Assembly (NCBI GenBank): GCA_003193925.1
Contig: PSPG01000005.1
Span: 37,174 to 101,173, forward strand
Direction: 5' to 3'
Length of the DNA: 64,000 bases
From: Candidatus Thalassarchaeum betae
GTDB lineage: Archaea; Thermoplasmatota; Poseidoniia; Poseidoniales; Thalassarchaeaceae
Under the pieces are notes generated by a model. That model made no database searches. It was not told the DNA's origin and saw only the letters and a program-made list of their open reading frames with translations. Positions 9,063 through 23,436 of the stretch are shown in pieces (position 1 is the first letter of the stretch; each line of letters opens with the position of its first letter). Position numbers and translations under genes: made by a program.

Positions 9063-12000
9063 ATGGCTGCAACTAGAACGGCGGCATCGCGGAGAGTACC
9101 TCTGCTGCTCATCGCCACCATGCTCCTGTCCCTCCTGACCCCAATGGCTCTAGCAGAGCCTGAGTCTGATGATTCGATGCTAGAAGTCATGTCGGGTGAC
9201 CTGACGGACTTTACTCCCTCTATTGAGGGCAAGCGGTACATGTTCACCGACGCTGCCGAGCCCGTCTTCTCGGCCACCAGCTTCCTCAAGATGGAGTGGA
9301 GGGACGCGGGCTACCCGGGACTCATCCTGCCTTTCTCGCCAGGCTACCTCAACTCAAGGTCCTCGACCCGCACTTGCGAGAACGCTTGGAGCCAGGGTGA
9401 ATCAGGCAACATCTCTACTGCTAGCGGGACGGTTGCCGTGACAGTGCAAAAGATCTCGGCGAACTCGGCCATACTGGTGGAGGACGGGCAGATCATTCCG
9501 TCGACCACCGTCAATGACATCGTCTCGACCTGGGAGTCGACCATCTACCCTACCGACACCTCGTACTTCGGCACCCCTCCGGACGTCGACAACAACTGCC
9601 AGATCGAAATCGTCCTGATCTCGATCGACGGCGCGGGGGGCACTGGGGGATACTACTCCCCCGGAATCTCATCCGTCAGGGAGTCGGTCTTCGTCGACGT
9701 CGATGACTTGAGTTGGAGGAACACCATTCTCGCGCACGAGTTCGAGCACCTACTACACAACGCTCGTGACCCCTACGAGTACCTGTGGATCGACGAGGGC
9801 GCGGCCGACATGGCTGTCTACCTCTGCTTCGGAGTCACGGGCACGCTGACCGGGCACGCCAACGCGTGGTCGCAAGACAGCAGCCTCAGTGTGAGGTGGT
9901 GGAACGGCAGAATTGCCGACTACGGTGCCGGCTTCATGTTCCTGATGTACCTCGCAGACAAGCTCGGTGGAGGGGCCGCGATACAGCGCCTCGTTGCCGA
10001 CACCGCCACCGGGGGGGTCGCTATCGAGAACCTCGCGCAGAGCCCCGAGACAGGCTCTACTGCCATCGGGACCACGATGAGCGAAATCTATGCCAACTTC
10101 AGCGCCGCCGTCTCTCTGGACAGCGCGCAGGGAGCCTTCGGGTTCTCGAACCTCGACCTGACCACAGGATGCATCGCCGCGTACATCTGCAAAGCCCAGA
10201 TGAGCGGTTACAACGACCAGTGGGTGGACGGCTGGAACAGCTCCAGCCAGACCATCGAGGGTTGGGGGATGAGGGCCTACAAGTTCACCCAAGGCTCCGG
10301 GGCTCCGCTCAATCTGATGGTGCAACCGACACAGTTCGGCTTCGACGGCGCCATCATGGCCAAGGATGCTGACACGGGTACATGGTCGATGAGCAGCCTG
10401 AGGATGGACTCGGGCACTGGAGCCGGGACGGGGCTCGTTCACGGCTTCGGCAACACCACCGACGAGGTGTGGCTGCTGACATGGTACGAGTCCATGGTCA
10501 GCGACTGCGACTACAACTACGCCAGTTGCGGCATCACCACCGGAACTTACCCCACCGCGTCGCTGACAGTCTACGCCGGTCTCATCACGGACCCGGCTGA
10601 GGTGTCGATCGATACCATCATGTCCTTTGACAGGGATGGCAACAACCTTGACGACAGCGTCCGGATCGACCTCGAGGTGGTCTCGAACGCGTTCTTCGAG
10701 ATACTCGAGGTCACAGTCGAAGCCTACGTCAACAACACGCTGACCGACTCTGTGGTGTTCGACATCACCGCCGGCAACAGCGTACCCTCTCCGAGGAGCG
10801 TCTGGTTCACGCCGCCCTCCTCGGGCGACTGGACCTTTGGAATCAGGGTCCGCGATATCACCGGAGAGGTCGTCGACCAAGCCTTCGCCCTGCCTATGAC
10901 TATTGCTAACATGGAGCCGATCGCCTCCGGTTCGATGTCCACCTCGATTACTCAAACGTGGCTCCCAGTGAGCATGTTCGGCTCGGGCTACGACTCATGG
11001 GGCTTCGGTCAGCTCAACGGTACTTTCAGCCACAACGAGACGCCCACTGGGTACGTCTGGGACCTCGGTGACAACAACTCCTCTGGACTGAAGAACCCCG
11101 TCCACTCATACCTCAATCCGGGGAACTACCAGATTGTGCTGGTCGTACAGGACCAAGGGGGCTACTACTCCGAGCCGCAGTCGTGGAACATCTCAGTCAG
11201 TGACATCTCCGACCCGGTCCCGGAGATCTCGGTAGACGGGGTGGTGATGATCGACGATCTGGTGCTGCTGACCGACCAGAGGGTGCAGTTCTCAGCCAGA
11301 GGGACCACGGACAACCTCCCACTGGAGCAACTCGATTTCACCTGGGACTGGGGCGATGGCCAGTCGGAGTACGGTCAAGGCCTGGCTGAGGCCGGGCACT
11401 CGTGGGTCGACGGCAGTGCCGATGGGATCATCTACACGCTCATCCTGACCGTTGATGACGGCAACCACATCGTCGAGCATTCGCTGTACATCAGAGTGCT
11501 GAACCGCCTGCCCAAGCAGGTCTTCGACGAGCCACTCCAAACCTACACACTGACACCGCTGACAATGCCTACCGTATTCGAGGACTCTGACGGGATGATC
11601 GTGGAGTACAACTGGTACTTCGAGGGCGGCGTCAACCTCGGTGGCTCGGGAATGAGTCTGACCTCCAACTTCTCCGCTACCGAGTCGGTGCTCCAGAACC
11701 CGAGCGTCGGATGGCTCGAGCCCGGCATGAAGAACGTCACCATCGAAGTCACAGATGACGATGGCAACTCCTCGATCGCCACCCTCTGGGTGCAGGTCCT
11801 GAACCAGCGGCCCGTGGCCGTCTTCTCGAGACCTGCGGACGGCACTGTCGACACCGTCTACACCTTCGAAAGCGCCTCCTTCGATCCGGACGGCGACACC
11901 ACCCTGCTTCAGACGATATGGGAGATCTCCGAGCTCGACGAACCGGTGCACAACGTCTCCTCGGTCAGCCACACCTTCCTCGAGCCCGGATTATACACTA

Positions 12001-13169
12001 TCAGCCTCACAGTCATCGACGACAGGGGCCTGTCGTCGGCCACCAAGTCATACTCAATCAGGATTGAGAACCCGCTGCCGGTGCCTGCGCTCACCTTCAG
12101 CTGCCCAAGCATCAACGGCACCGTGCTGGATGGCATCCCAGAGGACGAAGGAGTCGTCGTCTGGCAAATCCCGCACACCCCCGATGGCGGCGCATTCGTC
12201 GCACCCGGGGACCCGATCAGGTTCGACGGCTCGGGGAGCTACGACGCCGACCCCCTGTTCACCGGAAGGACATCCACCGACTCGAACGACCCCGAGTGGA
12301 ACGGCATCGTCTCGTGGATCTGGGACTTCGGCGACGCCAGTCCGTCGGCCCATGGCCCCGTGGTCTGGCATGCCTACGAGATACCGGGGGCCTACACAGT
12401 CACCCTGACCGTCGTCGACGGATTCGAGGGCGGCGAGACCAACACCACCTCGATGACCGTGTACGTCTCCAGGGCGCCTATCATCCTGACCAACGACCCG
12501 ATCTCAGCCGATTACGTCAGCATCGGCGATCTGGTCCTCCTGAATGCCAGCGCCACCGACGCCGACCTGACGGACGGCATAGAAGCCTGGCTCGATGTCG
12601 ATGCCTCAGACGACAGCGACGGCGACGGCGATCCCACCAACGACCAGGACAGGCCCCTCACCGGTATCCTGACCGTCAGATGGGACCTCAACGCCATGCA
12701 GGACGCCAATCTGGATGGCGACTTACGCAACGACTGGCTATGGGTCAATCAGACGTGGAACCAGGCCGGCGAGATCAGGATTGTGATGCAGGTCTGCGAT
12801 GGAGTCGCTGTCTGCTCTTCCAGAGACTACGTCATCACCGTGCTGGCCCTTCAGGAGGATGACCGTCCCAAGTCTCTGGCTGACCTGACGTGGAGGGACC
12901 TGGTCCCGAACAAGGCGAGTGCGGGCCTGCTGGCCCTCGTAGCGGCCGTCCTGATTCTCGGGTGGTTTGTCATGCGAGAGAAGGACGAGGACGAACTGGA
13001 CGCCGAGGGGATGCTTGAGACCTACGACGTCGCTGAGGTGGAGGCCGAAGGGGGGCTTCCGGGGATGGACCAGCACAAGCCCCCTCCCCAACCGAAGTAC
13101 CTGACGGTCGAAGAGCGAAGAGACAAGGAGTCCGGATACATCCGACCCATCCGGACGAGGAGGCGCTGA
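9063..13169 (+). CDS. Large secreted, membrane-anchored zinc metallopeptidase (M30-like) with PKD repeats
   Basis: Signal peptide; LAHEFEHLLH...WIDEG zincin motif; repeated WDFGD/WDLGD/WDWGD PKD motifs; DxDGD motifs; C-terminal TM. Confidence 0.8.
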   Translation: MAATRTAASRRVPLLLIATMLLSLLTPMALAEPESDDSMLEVMSGDLTDFTPSIEGKRYMFTDAAEPVFSATSFLKMEWRDAGYPGLILPFSPGYLNSRSSTRTCENAWSQGESGNISTASGTVAVTVQKISANSAILVEDGQIIPSTTVNDIVSTWESTIYPTDTSYFGTPPDVDNNCQIEIVLISIDGAGGTGGYYSPGISSVRESVFVDVDDLSWRNTILAHEFEHLLHNARDPYEYLWIDEGAADMAVYLCFGVTGTLTGHANAWSQDSSLSVRWWNGRIADYGAGFMFLMYLADKLGGGAAIQRLVADTATGGVAIENLAQSPETGSTAIGTTMSEIYANFSAAVSLDSAQGAFGFSNLDLTTGCIAAYICKAQMSGYNDQWVDGWNSSSQTIEGWGMRAYKFTQGSGAPLNLMVQPTQFGFDGAIMAKDADTGTWSMSSLRMDSGTGAGTGLVHGFGNTTDEVWLLTWYESMVSDCDYNYASCGITTGTYPTASLTVYAGLITDPAEVSIDTIMSFDRDGNNLDDSVRIDLEVVSNAFFEILEVTVEAYVNNTLTDSVVFDITAGNSVPSPRSVWFTPPSSGDWTFGIRVRDITGEVVDQAFALPMTIANMEPIASGSMSTSITQTWLPVSMFGSGYDSWGFGQLNGTFSHNETPTGYVWDLGDNNSSGLKNPVHSYLNPGNYQIVLVVQDQGGYYSEPQSWNISVSDISDPVPEISVDGVVMIDDLVLLTDQRVQFSARGTTDNLPLEQLDFTWDWGDGQSEYGQGLAEAGHSWVDGSADGIIYTLILTVDDGNHIVEHSLYIRVLNRLPKQVFDEPLQTYTLTPLTMPTVFEDSDGMIVEYNWYFEGGVNLGGSGMSLTSNFSATESVLQNPSVGWLEPGMKNVTIEVTDDDGNSSIATLWVQVLNQRPVAVFSRPADGTVDTVYTFESASFDPDGDTTLLQTIWEISELDEPVHNVSSVSHTFLEPGLYTISLTVIDDRGLSSATKSYSIRIENPLPVPALTFSCPSINGTVLDGIPEDEGVVVWQIPHTPDGGAFVAPGDPIRFDGSGSYDADPLFTGRTSTDSNDPEWNGIVSWIWDFGDASPSAHGPVVWHAYEIPGAYTVTLTVVDGFEGGETNTTSMTVYVSRAPIILTNDPISADYVSIGDLVLLNASATDADLTDGIEAWLDVDASDDSDGDGDPTNDQDRPLTGILTVRWDLNAMQDANLDGDLRNDWLWVNQTWNQAGEIRIVMQVCDGVAVCSSRDYVITVLALQEDDRPKSLADLTWRDLVPNKASAGLLALVAAVLILGWFVMREKDEDELDAEGMLETYDVAEVEAEGGLPGMDQHKPPPQPKYLTVEERRDKESGYIRPIRTRRR

Positions 13170-13171
13170 GC

Positions 13172-14077
13172 GTGAGGAACAGCCCTAGGAAACTCATTGC
13201 GGCCCTGATCAACCTCTGCCTGCTCCTACCCACAGTCGCGGTGTTCACCGCCGTCATCGCGGCTCCGATCGCATCAGCAGAGGCTACCTGCGACGTACCG
13301 GCGAGCAACATCCCCGGAATCGACCGGTACTTCGACGAGCACAGCGTCGAGGATGGCGGAATATGGTGGTGGCATGAGGGTGGGGGCAATGACCTCAGGT
13401 CCCTCGATGTTGATTTCAGCACCGAGATGACGATTCAGAACGACAGCGCCAACGCCGTCAGCATGGAGCTGGTGCCGGGTTACCAGTACACGTTCTGCAT
13501 CTACCTGAGCCCGGACCAGGACTCTCCGCCCAACATGGGGGCGATCGGCGATGTCTACCTGATGACCGAGAGCAACTGGAACCGCTATGCCACCAGTTAC
13601 AATGATCGCGAGTGGACCGAACTCGAGGAGGACCTGGAAAACGTGCCAGTCGAATGGCGGGACCTATTCGTCTGGCTCCCATTCAGGGACGTGCACGCTT
13701 ACGAGAGCGTCTCCAGCGAGGTCTTCTCTGTGGCGATCGACTCCAGCGGCTCGCTGTGGTCGTCGGTCGACTGGTTCGAGAGCGGGGACGAGAAGTACTA
13801 CCTCGTCGTGGACGGCTGGGACAATGACAGGAGCACGGACAGAGGTGCGGCCGGAGGTACCATGAATGTCGAGATACTCGTCGATGTCGAGGAGAGAACG
13901 ACGCTGCCGAATTTCATCGCCTACATCCTCATCGCGGCTCTGCCTCTGGCTTGCATCATAGCCCCCATGGTCATACACAGCCGATACATGTCAACGGGAA
14001 TCAGCGAGGAAGATGGGGACCTCCGCCAAGTGCCCTACTTGGAAGACGAGAGCGATGAACGCGATGGCGAAGACTAA
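13172..14077 (+). CDS. Hypothetical secreted protein with C-terminal TM
   Basis: Signal-peptide-like N-terminus, acidic beta-rich core, TM near the C-terminus; 2 bp after the peptidase gene. Confidence 0.7.
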   Translation: MRNSPRKLIAALINLCLLLPTVAVFTAVIAAPIASAEATCDVPASNIPGIDRYFDEHSVEDGGIWWWHEGGGNDLRSLDVDFSTEMTIQNDSANAVSMELVPGYQYTFCIYLSPDQDSPPNMGAIGDVYLMTESNWNRYATSYNDREWTELEEDLENVPVEWRDLFVWLPFRDVHAYESVSSEVFSVAIDSSGSLWSSVDWFESGDEKYYLVVDGWDNDRSTDRGAAGGTMNVEILVDVEERTTLPNFIAYILIAALPLACIIAPMVIHSRYMSTGISEEDGDLRQVPYLEDESDERDGED

Positions 14078-14895
14078 CCAGTCTCATACTCCAGTAACTG
14101 CCATGCGGTCTGCAAATCGGATGCGTTGATCCTCCCCTGCCTCGAAAGGTGCCATCCGGATTCCATAGTCGTGTAGACCATGGCCTGTCCCAGCAGGGGT
14201 GCGTGAATCCGAGTCCAGTCGCCCCCTGAGCCTGTCCCCATTATCGCGTTGGGGGTGCCTGAGCCATTGAGTTGCCAAGCAGCCTCGAAGAGGCGCAGGC
14301 CATCATGTCGGCCCAAGGTCCGGTAGCACATCTTCACCATCTCGCCGGCATCGGAGTTGTCCACCACGTCCTGGATGATCTCCGATGCCGATGGTGGCTG
14401 CTCCGAGGAGTGCTGGGAAGCGATGACTCGAGTCTTATCCCCGGCTGCATCGACCAGTGCCTTGCGTGGCTTGGACTCCATGTCCACCTCGAGATCGATC
14501 CAGCTCACGCCGCTCTCGATACCAGCCTTCAGGACCTCAATGCGCTGTCCCTCGTCGCCGGGATAATGCCCTCCCTGACGCTCTGGGCGGCATGTCAGCA
14601 CCACGGGTAGCTCGATGCCCTGCTTGAGGAAAGCAAGCGCTGTGTGGACGTCCACCGAGTCCAATGGCTGCGGTATCATCTCGGGCTCGACGAACTTGGG
14701 GCGCTCTCGCTCTCCCTTGCCGTTCCCCTTCTCTTTCTCGGAAGGATCGGGGTCGGGCATCTGCTCGACCACCCAGAGTTTGTCCAGACGGACCTCCACG
14801 AGATCAGCTCCGGCGGCCGTGGCCCTCGCGGCGTCCTTCAGCATCTCATCGACCGTGCACCCATTGAGTGTCACGCAGATGAGAGGTCGAGCCAT
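14074..14895 (-). CDS. aroD: Type I 3-dehydroquinate dehydratase
   Basis: ADLVEVRLD, LTCR...GG, WIDLE, IASQH, VK, AIMG motifs; carries a charged insertion. Confidence 0.85.
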   Translation of the reverse strand: MARPLICVTLNGCTVDEMLKDAARATAAGADLVEVRLDKLWVVEQMPDPDPSEKEKGNGKGERERPKFVEPEMIPQPLDSVDVHTALAFLKQGIELPVVLTCRPERQGGHYPGDEGQRIEVLKAGIESGVSWIDLEVDMESKPRKALVDAAGDKTRVIASQHSSEQPPSASEIIQDVVDNSDAGEMVKMCYRTLGRHDGLRLFEAAWQLNGSGTPNAIMGTGSGGDWTRIHAPLLGQAMVYTTMESGWHLSRQGRINASDLQTAWQLLEYETG

Positions 14896-15051
14896 TCGCC
14901 CGCCCCACCTTAGCGTTCTGTTTAACCGTGTCGTGAGGAGAAAGCAGGCCTAAGGCCTGAAATCGGTCGAATATCCCCATTTTTCGCTGTTTTTGAGGTC
15001 CCCAGAAGGAGGGTTGAAGAACCCCCCAAGCACACGGTTGTACAGGTATGC

Positions 15052-17046
<1,995 letters not shown>

Positions 17047-17054
17047 GTGGTAGA

Positions 17055-19751
<2,697 letters not shown>

Positions 19752-19797
19752 GGGAAACCGCTCGGCTTAAGCGATTAACGCGGGTGGCCAGAGCGCT

Positions 19798-19884
19798 GCG
19801 GCAGTCGCATAGCCTGGCCATTGCGCTGGATTGCTAATCCAGTGGTGTTTCACCTCGGGAGTTCGAATCTCCCCTGCCGCGCCA
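19798..19884 (+). tRNA. tRNA-Ser(GCT)
   Basis: Acceptor stem GCGGCAG/CTGCCGC, anticodon arm CTGGA-TTGCTAA-TCCAG, long variable arm, GTTCGAAT T-loop, encoded CCA. Confidence 0.96.
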
Positions 19885-20020
19885 CCTCATTCATGGCAGT
19901 CTTCATGCGCTGAGCCGGCACACTCCCAGCGTGGACTGGGACGGTGAGTCGGACTACGGCAACTGGATCAGGGGCTAGTCGCATACGAGGTTTCAACCGA
20001 ACGCCGCCCATGGCGGTGGC

Positions 20021-21205
20021 ATGCTGAGCATCGAGCCGATGGATCTGCACGGCCCCATCGACTGGGCGCTGCCGCCATCGAAGAGCCACATGATGCGCTG
20101 GCTCGCCCTCGCCGCGCAGGCCGAGGGCGAGACCGTCCTGAGCTTCGACGGCGAGCCGGGCGAGGACGTGCTCTCGATGGCCGAGTGCCTGCGGCAACTG
20201 GGTGCCGGTATCGAACAGAGTGCCTCGCAGTGGAGCGTCACCGGCGTCGGTGCGGACGGATTCAGCGAGCCCGAGGGGGTGCTGGACTGCGGCAACTCCG
20301 GGACTGCCGCTCGCTTCCTGACCGCAATCGCGGCTGGACTGGCATCGGCTGTCGCGCTGGACGGTGACGCCTCCCTGAGGCGGCGCGATTTGTCGGCTCT
20401 GAACAGCGCACTTCGCGAGTTCGGGTGCGAGATCTCCTCGGATGCCGTGCCCCTGTCGGTGAATGGCCCGGCCCGTACGGGCAGAGCCTACCTCGAGGTC
20501 GGCTCGTCCAGCCAGCCCCTCTCCGCTCTCCTCCTCGCCTCTCCGGGGTACTCGGCGCGTCTCCATCTAGGTATGTCCGAGGGGTCTGTGAGCCGCGGCT
20601 ACTCCCGGCTCTCTTTCGAGCTGGCAGCGCTGTGCGGCTCTCCGAACAGGCTCGACGGCGACGTTGTGGTGATCGAGCCGTGGCGTGTCTCGACGCCCCC
20701 TGCTGTCAGCATCCCCGAGGAGGTAAGCCTGCTGCCGATGGCGATGCTGATGTCCGAGCTGCATGACGCCGAAGTGGAAGTGCGCGGCTCGGGCATCGAA
20801 CTCACGCCGGCACTGATGGCCTTGGCCGAACAAGAGAGCGAACTGGACCTGCGTGACGAGAGCGATGTCATCACCCCTGCGGCGGCGCTGCTCGCTCTGG
20901 GCCGAGGGGGTCGAATCACGGGCGCGGCCCACTCGAGGGGCAAGGAGTCGGACAGGATACTCGGGACGGTCGGGCTGCTGGCCGCCTTCGGCATGGCGTC
21001 CAGCGCGACGGGGGATGGCATCGAGGTCCCGGGCGGGCAGGTCCCGGCGAGGCCGGAGTCACCGGTCCAGACGCATGGTGACCATCGTATCGCAATGACG
21101 GCGATGGTGCTGGCCAGCAAGGTCGGAGGCAGCATCGTCAACCCGGAGATCAGCGCCGTCACCGACCCGGGTTTCATCGAGCGATTGACGGGATTGGGAG
21201 ACTAG
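20021..21205 (+). CDS. aroA: 3-phosphoshikimate 1-carboxyvinyltransferase (EPSP synthase)
   Basis: PPSKS, CGNSGTAARF, SSSQ, KESDRI, DHRIAM. Confidence 0.92.
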   Translation: MLSIEPMDLHGPIDWALPPSKSHMMRWLALAAQAEGETVLSFDGEPGEDVLSMAECLRQLGAGIEQSASQWSVTGVGADGFSEPEGVLDCGNSGTAARFLTAIAAGLASAVALDGDASLRRRDLSALNSALREFGCEISSDAVPLSVNGPARTGRAYLEVGSSSQPLSALLLASPGYSARLHLGMSEGSVSRGYSRLSFELAALCGSPNRLDGDVVVIEPWRVSTPPAVSIPEEVSLLPMAMLMSELHDAEVEVRGSGIELTPALMALAEQESELDLRDESDVITPAAALLALGRGGRITGAAHSRGKESDRILGTVGLLAAFGMASSATGDGIEVPGGQVPARPESPVQTHGDHRIAMTAMVLASKVGGSIVNPEISAVTDPGFIERLTGLGD

Positions 21206-21217
21206 TCGGGGAATAAC

Positions 21218-22186
21218 ATGTCGAAGAGCGGCGGCAACCTCGTAACCCACTTCCTCCTCTTGCTGGTGGTCATCATCTGGGGCTCCTCATGGGCCGTGGG
21301 AAGGATTCTCAGCAGCGGACTGGATTCAGAGAGACCGGCCACTCTGGACCCGGCGACGGCGGCATGGCTGAGGTACGCCGTGGTCGTGCTGATGTTCTTC
21401 GCATGGTGCGCCTACAAGTCGCTCACGGGTGATAGGGTCAGAGCCCTGCCGCCCGATCGCAACACTTGGAGGTCGGTGCTTTGGATAGGCTTCTTCGGAG
21501 TGATGATCTACCAGTTGCTGTTCATGCACGGGATGAAGTGGACGGCGGCGGGTGACGCCTCGCTGATCATCCCAATCAACCCGGTCTTCACCGTGCTGCT
21601 GGCGGCTCCGATGCTCGGCCAGCCCATATCGAGGAAGATGGCGCTGGGACTGTTCTTCGGAATCACCGGCGTGGCCGCGGTCGTGGGCTGGAGCCCCAAT
21701 GTGGACATCCCGTTCGAGCACCGCCTGCTCGGTGATGCGATGGTCGTCTTCGCGGCCCTGTCGTGGGCCACGACGACCAACCTGACCAAGCGCATCCTGC
21801 AGAGGCGGCGCGACGAGGCCGGGGCATCGGCCCTCGAGATAGTGATCTGGTACTCCTTCGCCGGCTGGGTCATGCTGACGCCGTGGATGCTGTACGAGCT
21901 GTGGGGCGCGCCGCTTCCTGCGCCCACAACTGTCGAATGGGCCTCGATTCTCTACCTCGGCTCGTTCTCCACCGTCCTCGCCTACGTCTGGTTCGCGATG
22001 GGCATAGACAGGCTCGGGCCGACGGCAGCGGCGTCGTACGTCTTCCTCGTGCCGGTCTTCGGCATACTCACCGGCTGGGCGCTGCTCGACGAAAGCATCG
22101 GAGTCTCGATGCTGGTCGGCTTCGTGCTCATCGTGGTCGGGGTCCGCGTAGTGCAGCGCGAAAGCGCGAGGCTGAGAACCGATTGA
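21218..22186 (+). CDS. DMT/EamA family transporter
   Basis: About 10 TM helices in two repeats; IWG, R, PVF motifs. Confidence 0.88.
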   Translation: MSKSGGNLVTHFLLLLVVIIWGSSWAVGRILSSGLDSERPATLDPATAAWLRYAVVVLMFFAWCAYKSLTGDRVRALPPDRNTWRSVLWIGFFGVMIYQLLFMHGMKWTAAGDASLIIPINPVFTVLLAAPMLGQPISRKMALGLFFGITGVAAVVGWSPNVDIPFEHRLLGDAMVVFAALSWATTTNLTKRILQRRRDEAGASALEIVIWYSFAGWVMLTPWMLYELWGAPLPAPTTVEWASILYLGSFSTVLAYVWFAMGIDRLGPTAAASYVFLVPVFGILTGWALLDESIGVSMLVGFVLIVVGVRVVQRESARLRTD

Positions 22187-22254
22187 GGGAACGCCTCCGG
22201 TGTTGCCTCATCATTAAATAGAGGGGGTCGTTGGGCGGCCAACGAGGTAGGTAA

Positions 22255-22794
22255 ATGGCACGCATGCCAGGCAGTATGTATCGTCAGATCAAGGGTCAGG
22301 CGTACACCCGGAGAGAGTACTCCGGCGGAGTCCCGAACAATCGCATACTGCGCTACTTCATGGGTGACCGCAAGGCGGCGGAGGCAGGTCAGTTCGACAT
22401 CATCGTCGAGCTGTCCGCTGACAACGCATGCCAGGTTCGCGACACCGCTCTGGAGGCGACTCGACAAGTGGCCAACGCGACTATCAGGAAGGTTGCCGGA
22501 GACATGGGCTACGCCCTGCGCATGCACACCTACCCGCACCAGATCCTGCGCCAGAACAAGCAGGCCACCGGGGCCGGCGCGGACCGCGTCTCGCTGGGGA
22601 TGCGCCAGTCATACGGGAAGAACGTGGGCACTGCCGCGCGGGTCCGGCCGGGTCAGACGCTGGTCTCCATCCAGACCATCCCAGAGCACTACCTGGTGGC
22701 CCGGGACGCACTGCGAAAGGCACGCTGCAAGCTCCCTACGCCATGCACTATCAGGCTCGTCAAGGGCGCCGAGCATTTGCAGGGGCTAGTGTGA
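22255..22794 (+). CDS. rpl10e: 50S ribosomal protein uL16 (L10e)
   Basis: YTRREY, ALEA.R, YPHQILR.NK.ATGAGADRVS.GMR. Confidence 0.97.
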   Translation: MARMPGSMYRQIKGQAYTRREYSGGVPNNRILRYFMGDRKAAEAGQFDIIVELSADNACQVRDTALEATRQVANATIRKVAGDMGYALRMHTYPHQILRQNKQATGAGADRVSLGMRQSYGKNVGTAARVRPGQTLVSIQTIPEHYLVARDALRKARCKLPTPCTIRLVKGAEHLQGLV

Positions 22795-22806
22795 GGTTGA
22801 GGGGCC

Positions 22807-23385
22807 ATGTCGCCCTCTGACCCTCTGACCGTACTGCAGGACTCACTGCGTGGAGCGCCGATCATCTGGAAGGGCGAGTACCCGTACTTCATCCACCCGA
22901 TCTCCGATGGCATCCCGCGCATGGAGGCCGACGTGCTGCGCGCCACCTGCGACCTCATCGTCGAGATGGTAGACTGGTCCGAGATCGACCTCATCGTCAG
23001 CGTCGAGGCGATGGGGCTGCCCCTGCTCGCCGTGGTCGGGGACGCCACCGGCAAGCCCACCGTGGTGATCCGCAAGCGCTCGTACGGCATGGAGGGCGAG
23101 GTCCGCGTCGACGTCTCGACCGGCTACTCCCAGTCCACCGCCTACATCAACGACATCAAGTCAGGCGAGAGGCTCCTCATAGTCGACGACGTGATCTCCA
23201 CCGGCGGCACCCTAGAGCCACTGCTCGAGGCGCTCGAGGGGATGGGCGCCGTGCTGCAGGACGTCGTCGTGGCCATCGAGAAGGGCGAGGGCCGAGAGCG
23301 ATTGGCGCGAGAGCGCCCGGACTGGCCGATACGCACGCTCGCGCGCATCGACATCGTCGACGGCAGGGTCGAGATCCTAGGGTGA
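22807..23385 (+). CDS. hpt: Purine phosphoribosyltransferase (archaeal Hpt/Apt type)
   Basis: YPYFIHPISDG, EAMG, RKR.YG, IVDDVISTGGT PRPP-binding motif. Confidence 0.88.
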   Translation: MSPSDPLTVLQDSLRGAPIIWKGEYPYFIHPISDGIPRMEADVLRATCDLIVEMVDWSEIDLIVSVEAMGLPLLAVVGDATGKPTVVIRKRSYGMEGEVRVDVSTGYSQSTAYINDIKSGERLLIVDDVISTGGTLEPLLEALEGMGAVLQDVVVAIEKGEGRERLARERPDWPIRTLARIDIVDGRVEILG

Positions 23386-23436
23386 AGCGTCCTATCAGAT
23401 GAAATAGCGGCCGCCTGACCGCGGAGCGGGCGGAAT

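Noticed and set aside
9753-10955. Long antisense and alternate-frame ORFs (e.g. 9753-10955, 37835-38965, 42327-43400, 61669-62697)
   Set aside because: Shadow ORFs expected from high GC3 codon bias opposite well-supported genes; no recognisable motifs.
19798-20020. Integrated element at tRNA-Ser (also checked tRNA-Phe)
   Set aside because: No integrase, no duplicated tRNA 3' end seen, and housekeeping genes flank both tRNAs.
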